Assembly: GCA_016206175.1 (NCBI GenBank)
Contig: JACQSB010000007.1
Coordinates: forward strand, 8,639-72,638
DNA: 64,000 bases
From: Candidatus Uhrbacteria bacterium
GTDB lineage: Bacteria; Patescibacteriota; Patescibacteriia; JACQRZ01
Direction of reading: 5' to 3'
Below are positions 56,702-64,000 of this stretch, piece by piece. Under the pieces are notes generated by a model, which worked only from the letters and a program-made list of their open reading frames with translations, was not told where the DNA came from and did no database searches. Numbering within the stretch: the first letter of the stretch is position 1; every line of letters starts with the position of its first letter. Made by a program: the position numbers and the translations under genes.

Positions 56702-57121
56702 TTATAAAGCCTTTTTCACAAATCGCGTCCGTACCGGCAATTTATAAGCAGCGAGCCGAAGCGCTGCTTGAGCAATCTCTTCTGTGACACCGCCCATTTC
56801 AAACAAAACGGCACCAGGCTTCACGGGAACAACATAATGGTCGACTGCTCCTTTTCCGCCGCCCATAGGATTTTCATTTCCATGAAATGTGACGGGGCGA
56901 TCAGGAAATACCCGTATCCAAATCTTGCCGCCGCGCTTTACATGCCGAGCGATCGCGCGACGAGCTGCTTCCAGCTGTCGTGCGGTCACCCAGGACGCAT
57001 CGAGCGCCTTTAGGCCAAAGTCGCCAAAGCTAACGGTAGTGCCTGCTGTTGCGATCGGCTCACGTCTCCGGCCGCGGCCGCGGTGCCATTTTCGATGTTT
57101 TACTTTTTTAGGGAATAACAT
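56702..57121 (-). CDS. rplP: 50S ribosomal protein L16
   Basis: uL16 pattern (MLFPKKVKHRKWHRGR...). Confidence 0.9.
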   Translation of the reverse strand: MLFPKKVKHRKWHRGRGRRREPIATAGTTVSFGDFGLKALDASWVTARQLEAARRAIARHVKRGGKIWIRVFPDRPVTFHGNENPMGGGKGAVDHYVVPVKPGAVLFEMGGVTEEIAQAALRLAAYKLPVRTRFVKKAL

Positions 57122-57137
57122 AACAGCTCTTGTACAA

Positions 57138-57797
57138 TTATTTCACTTTCTGTTTCTCGTTAAAAATCTCGCCTCGATAGATCCACACCTTAATGCCAAT
57201 CGCACCAGCTGCCGTACGCGCGGTGCCTCGCGCGTAGTCGATGTTAGCGCGGAGCGTATGCAACGGCACCTTGCCCCAGGAAAGCATTTCTCTGTTGGCA
57301 ATCTCCGCACCGTTGAGGCGACCGCCGATCATCACCTTCACGCCCGTAGCGCCTGCTTTTGAAACGCGATCAAGCGCTTGGCGCAGTACACGACGATAGG
57401 GAAGGCGCTTTTCGATCTCGTCAATCATGCTGCGAAGCACCAGTTGCGAATTCAATGCGGGATTGTCGACTTCGACAACGTTGAGATTGACCGTAATTGG
57501 ACTGGAAGCGAAAAACTTTTTCACGACTTTTTTCTTCAGATCCTCAATACCGACACCTTGCCGTCCGATGATTACGCCTGGTTTTGCGGAATGGATCACG
57601 ATCGAAATCGCATTCGAAGTACGTTCAATCTCAATCTTTGCAACACCAGCTGTTTTTAACTCTTTTTCAAGAAACTTTTTGATTTCGACATCCTGCCGGA
57701 GCCACTGGATAAATTGCGGGCCACGGGCAAACCATTTGGAGTCCCAGCTGAACAAAATGCCGGTGCGGAATAATTTTGGATTTACTTTTTGTCCCAT
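57138..57797 (-). CDS. rpsC: 30S ribosomal protein S3
   Basis: KH domain MGQKVNPKLFRTGI... Confidence 0.9.
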   Translation of the reverse strand: MGQKVNPKLFRTGILFSWDSKWFARGPQFIQWLRQDVEIKKFLEKELKTAGVAKIEIERTSNAISIVIHSAKPGVIIGRQGVGIEDLKKKVVKKFFASSPITVNLNVVEVDNPALNSQLVLRSMIDEIEKRLPYRRVLRQALDRVSKAGATGVKVMIGGRLNGAEIANREMLSWGKVPLHTLRANIDYARGTARTAAGAIGIKVWIYRGEIFNEKQKVK

Positions 57798-57816
57798 ATG
57801 AAAGAGTCTACAATTC

Positions 57817-58431
57817 CTAACCTGATTTTCTATGAAATACCTTTTTAAGAAAACCTTTTTGCTTTTTCTGTTCTCTGTTTAATTTCTGCGCATACTCATG
57901 GCGTCCTTCGCGCGCTGTATCAAAAATTTCTTTTTCACCGTCGGCAGCTGTCGGACGCGTTTCATTTGCAGGAGCGACTGCAACAGAAATAGATTTTTCG
58001 GATGCTACTGGCGAGACTCTCTGCGCTTCATCAGAGTGCGGTGCTGCCGATTTCGATGTTCCTACTACTCCCTGTCTCTTTTCAACGTCGAGCTTTTCTC
58101 CCAGAACAACCGTAATATGGCATAGATGTTTGATGATTGGCGCAGCGCGGCCGAAAGCACGGGGGCGCCACCGCTGCAAACCCGGACCAATATCAACCGT
58201 AATTGTCTTAACAAAAGTATGTTCCTTTTGAACATGATAGGTATTCTCTGCGCTTGCGATTGCAGAACGCACAGTTTTTTCTAAAGGGACACGCGCAGCA
58301 CGAGTCATATAACGCAGCTGTTCCAGTGCAGTTTGCGTGTCAAGGCCGCGAATCATATCCGCCAACAGGCGCACCTTGCGGGCTGACATGCGAACGTATC
58401 GGTTGTGTGCCGTGATATCCATACTTTCCAT
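57817..58431 (-). CDS. rplV: 50S ribosomal protein L22 with about 90-aa C-terminal extension
   Basis: uL22 core (ARKVRLLADMIRG...), then a low-complexity charged tail. Confidence 0.85.
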   Translation of the reverse strand: MESMDITAHNRYVRMSARKVRLLADMIRGLDTQTALEQLRYMTRAARVPLEKTVRSAIASAENTYHVQKEHTFVKTITVDIGPGLQRWRPRAFGRAAPIIKHLCHITVVLGEKLDVEKRQGVVGTSKSAAPHSDEAQRVSPVASEKSISVAVAPANETRPTAADGEKEIFDTAREGRHEYAQKLNREQKKQKGFLKKVFHRKSG

Positions 58432-58769
58432 TATTTCTTACCGGCCGGAGCCGCTACTGCGGCCGTCTTTGCTGCTGCCGCGGCTGCTGCTGCCTGTTCT
58501 TGTTCTTTTTGCATCTTGCCGCCATGGCGTACGAATTTTCTGGTTAGCGAAAACTCTCCGAGTTTATGGCCGACCATATCTTCAACGACGATGACAGGAA
58601 CGTGCACCTTACCATTGTGGACTCCGAATGTAAAGCCGACCATTTCCGGAACGATAACCGCATCGCGAGCCCAGGTTTTAATCACGGTACGATCGCCGGT
58701 ATGCAACTTTTGAACTTTTGCAAGAAGCCGCTGATTGATTGCCGGCCCCTTTTTCAGACTACGCGACAT
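58431..58769 (-). CDS. rpsS: 30S ribosomal protein S19 with Ala-rich C-terminal tail
   Basis: uS19 core (MSRSLKKGP...GHKLGEF), then [20 protein letters not shown]. Confidence 0.9.
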   Translation of the reverse strand: MSRSLKKGPAINQRLLAKVQKLHTGDRTVIKTWARDAVIVPEMVGFTFGVHNGKVHVPVIVVEDMVGHKLGEFSLTRKFVRHGGKMQKEQEQAAAAAAAAKTAAVAAPAGKK

Positions 58770-58770
58770 G

Positions 58771-59601
58771 TTATTTCCGCCGTTTAAGAATAAATTTGTT
58801 CGAAGCTTTCTTCTTCTTTCGTGTCAATACGCCAAGCGCTGGTTTGCCTTGGGGGGTCTTCGGGTGGCGCAAACCGACTGGCTGATTTCCCTCTCCACCT
58901 CCATGTGGGTGATCAACAGGATTCATGGCTTTCCCGCGGACTGACGGCCTCCATCCTCGTAAACGCATACGGCCTGCTTTGCCCCATCGGATATTTTGGT
59001 GGTCAGGATTGCCAACAGCACCGATCGTAGCCATACAACGACCAGGGAATTTACGCACTTCACCGGATGGAAGACGAAGGTGCGAAAAACCATCTTCAAA
59101 TGCCAAGACTTGCGCGCCACCGCCAGCTGACCGTACAACTTGAGCTCCCCTTCCAGGTTGCATTTCAATGGCGTGTACCATTATGCCGGTAGGGATATTC
59201 TCAAGGCAGAGCCGGTTGCCGGATTTGATATCGATCTTGCCTTGGGAAGAAAGGACGGAATCTCCAACTCGAAGATCAACAGGGGCGATGATGTAAGCAA
59301 CAGCGCCATTTTCGTAACGAAGCAGCGCGATGCGTGCGGAACGATTGGGGTCGTATTCGATTGCGGCAACAGAAGCAGGAACGTCAAACTGCGTACGCTT
59401 AAAATCGACGATGCGATAAAATCGTTTTGCGCCGCCGCCGCGATGGCGTACGGTGATCTTGCCCTGGTTATTGCGCCCGCCTCTGCGCTTACGGATCTCG
59501 CGAAGCTTTTTTTCTGGCTCCTTTTTTGTCAAATCAGAAAAATCCGCAACGCTGGATTTGCGGCGTGCAGGGCTTGTCGGATTGTATACGCGGACTGGCA
59601 T
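58771..59601 (-). CDS. rplB: 50S ribosomal protein L2
   Basis: uL2 core motifs. Confidence 0.9.
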   Translation of the reverse strand: MPVRVYNPTSPARRKSSVADFSDLTKKEPEKKLREIRKRRGGRNNQGKITVRHRGGGAKRFYRIVDFKRTQFDVPASVAAIEYDPNRSARIALLRYENGAVAYIIAPVDLRVGDSVLSSQGKIDIKSGNRLCLENIPTGIMVHAIEMQPGRGAQVVRSAGGGAQVLAFEDGFSHLRLPSGEVRKFPGRCMATIGAVGNPDHQNIRWGKAGRMRLRGWRPSVRGKAMNPVDHPHGGGEGNQPVGLRHPKTPQGKPALGVLTRKKKKASNKFILKRRK

Positions 59602-59633
59602 TAGATTAGGGAATAGGGCTTAGGAGCCAGGGG

Positions 59634-60044
59634 TTATATGATAGTGACGGGAGTTTTTGCATCTACCGAGATTGTTGCTTTTTTCCATTGTTTGCGAACG
59701 CCTTCTCTACGGCCAAACCGAACTGCTTTTGGTTTGTAGACACACGTCGTTACCGCAAGCGGCATCACGCCATACAATGTGTAGAATGCTTTTTTAATTT
59801 CAATCTTGTTTGCTTTTGGGCTTACTTCAAACACATATCGTTCCTGATCATGCACACGGCCTGCCTTGCTTGTCATAACGAGACGAAACAATATGCCGGA
59901 AGGCTGCACTGCAAATACTTGTTTACCTTTCGCAGTCGATGTTTTTTTCTCGCTAGCACCTTTGTCACTGACAGCAGCAGATGCAACAGCAGAGCCTGCG
60001 TCTTCTTTTTTCTTGCCTTTCTTTTTGAGAAAATCCAGTGCCAT
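59634..60044 (-). CDS. rplW: 50S ribosomal protein L23 with about 40-aa Lys/Ala-rich N-terminal extension
   Basis: uL23 core from ...SGILFRLVMTSKA...; the extension is MALDFLKKKGKKKEDAGS... Confidence 0.85.
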   Translation of the reverse strand: MALDFLKKKGKKKEDAGSAVASAAVSDKGASEKKTSTAKGKQVFAVQPSGILFRLVMTSKAGRVHDQERYVFEVSPKANKIEIKKAFYTLYGVMPLAVTTCVYKPKAVRFGRREGVRKQWKKATISVDAKTPVTII

Positions 60045-60056
60045 ATTCAGATACTA

Positions 60057-60731
60057 TTATGCTTTCGGCAAACTCGCGTATTGCTTTTCGATCACATCAA
60101 CGCTTGCAAGCGGGATAACAACCGTCGGTACATGAAGAAGATCGTATACATTCAAACTCGATACAGGCAGGAGACGCACAGTCGGCATATTGCGCAGACT
60201 GCGTGATACGGCAGTGGAGTGAGGCGCTGTGATGATCCCGACTTTTTTTCCTTTTTCAAAATCCGGCAACGGCAATTTTTTTAATATGCCAAAAGCTTGC
60301 TTTGTTTTTGCGGTTGGAACAGCAAAATCGTCTACCAGTACAACGCGCCCTTCGCTAAAACGCTCTGAAAGCACCATGGTAAGCGCCTGACGTTTTACTT
60401 TCTTGTTGATCTTCATTGAATAATTGCGTTCGGTGCGAGGACCAAATACGACACCACCGCCTTTCCACAACGGGGATCGGATAGAGCCGTGGCGCGCGCG
60501 GCCGGTTCCTTTCTGGCGCCAAGGCTTTTTACCTCCTCCGCGCACCTCGCCGCGCCCTTTGGTTGAGGCAAGCACGGTACGCTTATTCGCCTGCTGAACA
60601 ACAGAAGCAAAATGGACAATATTGGGATTTACTGCAACGCCAAAGACCGCAGGCGATACTTCGCGTTCGGATACGACCTGGCCATCCATGTTGTATACTG
60701 AAAGCACTAATTTTTGCGTTGCTTTTTCCAT
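60057..60731 (-). CDS. rplD: 50S ribosomal protein L4
   Basis: uL4 pattern. Confidence 0.9.
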   Translation of the reverse strand: MEKATQKLVLSVYNMDGQVVSEREVSPAVFGVAVNPNIVHFASVVQQANKRTVLASTKGRGEVRGGGKKPWRQKGTGRARHGSIRSPLWKGGGVVFGPRTERNYSMKINKKVKRQALTMVLSERFSEGRVVLVDDFAVPTAKTKQAFGILKKLPLPDFEKGKKVGIITAPHSTAVSRSLRNMPTVRLLPVSSLNVYDLLHVPTVVIPLASVDVIEKQYASLPKA

Positions 60732-60739
60732 AGAAATTT

Positions 60740-61573
60740 TTACGAAACGTTCTGTTTTTCTTCTGCCGGTGCCTGCTGATCAGATGATTGCTGTTCCTGT
60801 TGTCCAGACACAGTCTCTGTCGTTGATTCCTGCTGTGTTGCAGCCTGCTCCGGTTCGGATGCCTGACTTCCTACAGATGTCGGCTGTTCTTGATGGCTAC
60901 TTTCTGGCTGTGTCGACTCCGACACGTTAGGCTTTTCAAAAACAACTTCGCCTTCTCCTTGTAAAATAACTAAACTATTGCGCGCGCCTGGTACCGCTCC
61001 TCGAAGGGAAAGCACACCAAGTATTGGATCAACACCGACAATCTCAAGATTTTTTACCGTGACTTGTGTACCGCCCATACGGCCCCCCATGCGCTTCCCT
61101 TTCAAAACGTGCTGGACTCCGCCGGCGCCGATAGCGCCCGGCATACGCTCCTGATCCTTATGGCCATGTGTCGTGGGATGGCCATGAAAGCCATGACGTT
61201 TCACAACGCCAGCAAACCCTTTTCCTTTTGAAGTGCCGACGATCTGTACGCGATCGCCCGACGAAAATACATTTGCACTGACGATATCCCCTTTTTCAAC
61301 CGCATCGGCTTTATCAAGGCGAAATTCTTTCAGGAAACGAAATCCATCGGTATCTTTCACACGCTGGATGCCACGCAGAGCTTGCGCCTGCGCTTTGGAA
61401 ACATTTTTTTTGCGCCCATAGCCCATTTGCACGGCGATGTACCCGTCCTTTTCCTTGGTTTTTACCTGCGTGACAGTGCACGGACCTGCCTGCACCCGTG
61501 TGATCGCCTGAACGCGTCCTGTGCTGTCAAAGGCTTGGGTCATGTCTAATTTTACGCCGAGAATGAATTTCAT
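60740..61573 (-). CDS. rplC: 50S ribosomal protein L3 with about 70-aa acidic Q/S/E-rich C-terminal tail
   Basis: uL3 N-terminus MKFILGVKLDMTQAFDSTGRVQAITRV. Start taken at ATG 61573; the upstream part of the table ORF is not L3-like. Confidence 0.85.
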   Translation of the reverse strand: MKFILGVKLDMTQAFDSTGRVQAITRVQAGPCTVTQVKTKEKDGYIAVQMGYGRKKNVSKAQAQALRGIQRVKDTDGFRFLKEFRLDKADAVEKGDIVSANVFSSGDRVQIVGTSKGKGFAGVVKRHGFHGHPTTHGHKDQERMPGAIGAGGVQHVLKGKRMGGRMGGTQVTVKNLEIVGVDPILGVLSLRGAVPGARNSLVILQGEGEVVFEKPNVSESTQPESSHQEQPTSVGSQASEPEQAATQQESTTETVSGQQEQQSSDQQAPAEEKQNVS

Positions 61574-61820
61574 ACTTACTTTGAAAGAAAAAACCGGTAC
61601 CCTTAAGCGAACCGGCTCTTTCTTGCATAGAATATTTCTGCTACGGCACGCTTTTTGCAGCGTGTCCAAACAGAATAGTCGCTTCAAGATTGTATGCTTA
61701 TAGGGTTTGAGTGGTACTGCACTCCCTTCTCACCGAGCTGTTCATAAGCACTTTCTCTTCCGAGAGTTATCTATGACCAACTGCGTGCGAGATATGATTG
61801 TGAATGAATATCTGGGTATC

Positions 61821-62204
61821 TTATACCATCTTTACTTCTAAGTCAACACCTGCCGGCAAATTCAAGCTGGTGAGAACATCAGTTGTTTTTGCGGTCGGAT
61901 CCAGAATATCTATCAAGCGCTTGTGTATCCGCATCTCAAATTGATCGCGCGCATCCTTTTTGACGAATGTTGCCCGAAGCACGGTATATTTGTGTTTTTC
62001 CGTAGGAAGCGGGATCGGACCGCGCACTACAGCGCCGCTTCGCTGCACAGCTTCAAGGATGGCGGCAGCTGATTGATCGATAATCTTGTGGTCATACGCG
62101 CGCAACTTGATGCGAATACGCGTGCGGTCTGCATCCTCAGTCTCCTTTTTCTGTTTTCCAACAGTGCTCGTTGCGACAGCCATTGCAGTGATGGTACGTA
62201 CCAA
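61821..62204 (-). CDS. rpsJ: 30S ribosomal protein S10 (N-terminally extended ORF)
   Basis: uS10 core [16 protein letters not shown]...; start ambiguous (62204 or about 62183). Confidence 0.85.
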   Translation of the reverse strand: MVRTITAMAVATSTVGKQKKETEDADRTRIRIKLRAYDHKIIDQSAAAILEAVQRSGAVVRGPIPLPTEKHKYTVLRATFVKKDARDQFEMRIHKRLIDILDPTAKTTDVLTSLNLPAGVDLEVKMV

Positions 62205-63404
62205 TTATTTAAGGATCTTGGTGACAACGCCAGCTCCCACCGTGATGCCGCCCTCGCGGACTGCAAAACGCTGTTTTTCTTCCAAGGCAATCGGGGCGAT
62301 GAGCTTGACCGTAATGCTGACCGTCTCGCCAGGCATAACCATTTCAGCGCCTTCCGGCAATGAGAGAACATCTCCGGTCACATCAGTGGTGCGGATATAG
62401 AATTGCGGTTTGTAGCCCTTGAAAAACGGTTTGTGGCGGCCGCCTTCTTCCTTGGTCAAGATATAAACTTCTGCTTCAAACTCGGTATGCGGCGTCACAC
62501 TTCCTGGCTTGACGATTACCTGTCCGCGCTCTACATCCTCTTTCTTTGTTCCACGAAGCAGTAATCCGGCATTATCTCCTGCGCGGCCTTCATCCAAGGA
62601 CTTGTTAAACATTTCGATGCCAGTCACGACAGTCTTGATGGTATCCTTCAAACCGACGATTTCAATTTCTTCGTTCACATGGATCGTGCCACGTTCGATC
62701 CTGCCGGTGACGACTGTGCCGCGACCCTCAATGGAGAAGACATCTTCAATCGGCATAAGAAATGACTTGTCGGTATCACGCACCGGCTCGGGGATATAAC
62801 TGTCCAAGGCGCTCACAAGGTCTAAAACAGGCTTTGACCACTCTTCACTGGAAGGATTTTCCAATGCTTTGAGTGCTGATCCGCGGATAATCGGAATCTC
62901 ATCGGCTGGAAACTCGTATTTCTTGAGGAGGTCTTTTACTTCCTCTTCGACGATATCAACTAAATCTTTGCTGTCGTCCGAAAGGGCATCAACCTTGTTC
63001 AAAAAGACAACAATATAAGGAACGCCGACTTGGCGTGCCAAAAGGATATGCTCGCGGGTCTGAGGCATCGGACCATCGGTGGCAGAGACGACCAAAATGG
63101 CACCGTCCATCTGCGCGGCGCCCGTGATCATGTTCTTCACATAATCAGCGTGCCCCGGACAGTCGACGTGCGCATAGTGGCGATTATCGCTCTCATACTC
63201 GACGTGTTCAGTATTAATGGTAATACCGCGCGCTTTTTCTTCCGGAGCCGAGTCAATCTGGTCAACACTTTTCTGCGATGCTGACTTACCGTGAGCGCTC
63301 AATACCTTAAGGATCGCCGCGGTAAGTGTAGTTTTTCCATGGTCAACGTGGCCGATAGTTCCGACATTGACATGAGGTTTTGCTCGATCAAATTTCTCTG
63401 CCAT
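62205..63404 (-). CDS. tuf: Elongation factor Tu
   Basis: G1-G5 motifs ([21 protein letters not shown]). Confidence 0.95.
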   Translation of the reverse strand: MAEKFDRAKPHVNVGTIGHVDHGKTTLTAAILKVLSAHGKSASQKSVDQIDSAPEEKARGITINTEHVEYESDNRHYAHVDCPGHADYVKNMITGAAQMDGAILVVSATDGPMPQTREHILLARQVGVPYIVVFLNKVDALSDDSKDLVDIVEEEVKDLLKKYEFPADEIPIIRGSALKALENPSSEEWSKPVLDLVSALDSYIPEPVRDTDKSFLMPIEDVFSIEGRGTVVTGRIERGTIHVNEEIEIVGLKDTIKTVVTGIEMFNKSLDEGRAGDNAGLLLRGTKKEDVERGQVIVKPGSVTPHTEFEAEVYILTKEEGGRHKPFFKGYKPQFYIRTTDVTGDVLSLPEGAEMVMPGETVSITVKLIAPIALEEKQRFAVREGGITVGAGVVTKILK

Positions 63405-63520
63405 ACAAGTTTCAAAATGAAAATTAGTTAATAAAACAACTCAAAACCCTTCTAATGATGATAAGGTTTCATTGCCTCGTAGTGTACCACGGCGCAACGA
63501 CCCTGTCAACAAGCGTTCTA

Positions 63521-64000
63521 CTACTCTTTCTTTGTGAGACTTTCAACGATATTACGAGGCACTTCGGCATAATGCGAGAATTCCATGCTATAGCTTGCCC
63601 GCCCTTGGCTCATGGAGCGCAGCTGCGTGGCATAGCCAAACATCTCTGCCAAAGGAATCATGGCATGTATCACCTTTACCCCGGCGCGATCGGTCATCTC
63701 TTGGATCTGGCCCCGCTTGGAATTGATATCGCCTATCACTTCTCCCATAAACTGTTCGGGAGTGACAACTTCGACTTTCATCACCGGTTCGAGAAGCACG
63801 AGATGCGCTTTTTTACACGCGTCTTGGAAGGCAAATGAACCGGCAAGTTTGAAAGCAACTTCGGAAGAGTCTACTTCATGGTAGGATCCATCAAAAACTG
63901 TTGCTTTTACATCGATGAGAGGATAGCCGGCTAAAACACCGCGTGTGAGAGTCTCTTTAATACCTTTTTCAATAGCAGGAACGAACTCGCGCGGGATAAC
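63521..64000 (-). CDS. fusA: Elongation factor G, 3' portion (gene runs past the window end)
   Basis: Domain IV/V sequence ...[46 protein letters not shown]...[11 protein letters not shown]... Confidence 0.9.
   Translation of the reverse strand, partial: VIPREFVPAIEKGIKETLTRGVLAGYPLIDVKATVFDGSYHEVDSSEVAFKLAGSFAFQDACKKAHLVLLEPVMKVEVVTPEQFMGEVIGDINSKRGQIQEMTDRAGVKVIHAMIPLAEMFGYATQLRSMSQGRASYSMEFSHYAEVPRNIVESLTKKE

Noticed and set aside
61574-61687. 38-aa N-terminal extension of the L3 ORF
   Set aside because: It is not L3-like, and the canonical uL3 N-terminus starts at ATG 61573. The region is treated as non-coding spacer.
1-64000. CRISPR arrays, rRNA genes, insertion sequences
   Set aside because: No periodically spaced short repeats with unique spacers, no rRNA-like conserved stretches, and no transposase or integrase-like ORFs were seen on either strand.

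Overview
This 64-kb window is a gene-dense, mostly minus-strand bacterial chromosomal region of about 50% GC, with many 1-4 nt gene overlaps. Several traits are consistent with a Candidate Phyla Radiation / Patescibacteria-like genome, but this is an inference, not proven. The str/S10/spc ribosomal supercluster is contiguous with secY-map and lacks L30, adk, infA and L36; several ribosomal proteins carry terminal extensions; and type IV pilin-like genes are present.

Left to right the window contains:
- An Rrf2-type regulator followed by sufC and sufB (Fe-S cluster assembly).
- A two-component MacAB-like ABC efflux operon: a HlyD-like adaptor with tandem 26-aa coiled-coil repeats, an ATPase and a permease, followed by a DUF5666-like secreted protein.
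- A NADPH-dependent FMN reductase, a NUDIX hydrolase, a fold-type II PLP-dependent enzyme and tRNA-Ser(GGA).
- rmuC, then a divergent P2-type cation ATPase and a DedA-family membrane protein.
- A PAS-domain gene that looks frameshifted, preceded by a C13 homopolymer.
- A redox/deoxyribonucleotide operon: a glutaredoxin-like (NrdH-like) protein, a 59-aa metallothionein-like Cys-rich ORF, trxB, nrdA (two ATP cones) and nrdB.
- A TrpR-like YerC/YecD regulator with a perfect 32-bp palindromic operator.
- A YbhB/YbcL-family protein, an M24 peptidase, msrB, an NAD(P)H-hydrate dehydratase (NNR-type), a BASS-family transporter, a hypothetical protein, arfB and msrA.
- Two exported proteins: a 583-aa membrane-anchored protein of unknown function and a Memo-like/CapA fusion.
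- A membrane-anchored ClpC-like double AAA+ protein with an N-terminal zinc-ribbon motif, next to a small membrane protein.
- gpmA, a YdeI/OmdA-family protein, an AT-rich membrane-protein gene, and tRNA-Ser(UGA) with a partial 5'-end duplicate.
- A SanA/YdcF-family protein, a His-rich DsbA-like protein, gatA and gatC, a matrixin-like secreted metalloprotease, and ligA.
- A pseudopilin cluster that includes scpA fused in frame to a prepilin-like domain, followed by a YbaK/ProX-type deacylase, aspS and a lipoprotein.
- recO, ruvX, map, secY and 20 ribosomal protein genes, then tuf and the 3' end of fusA.

No CRISPR array, transposase, integrase or rRNA gene was seen. Coordinates of non-coding features may be off by 1-2 nt.
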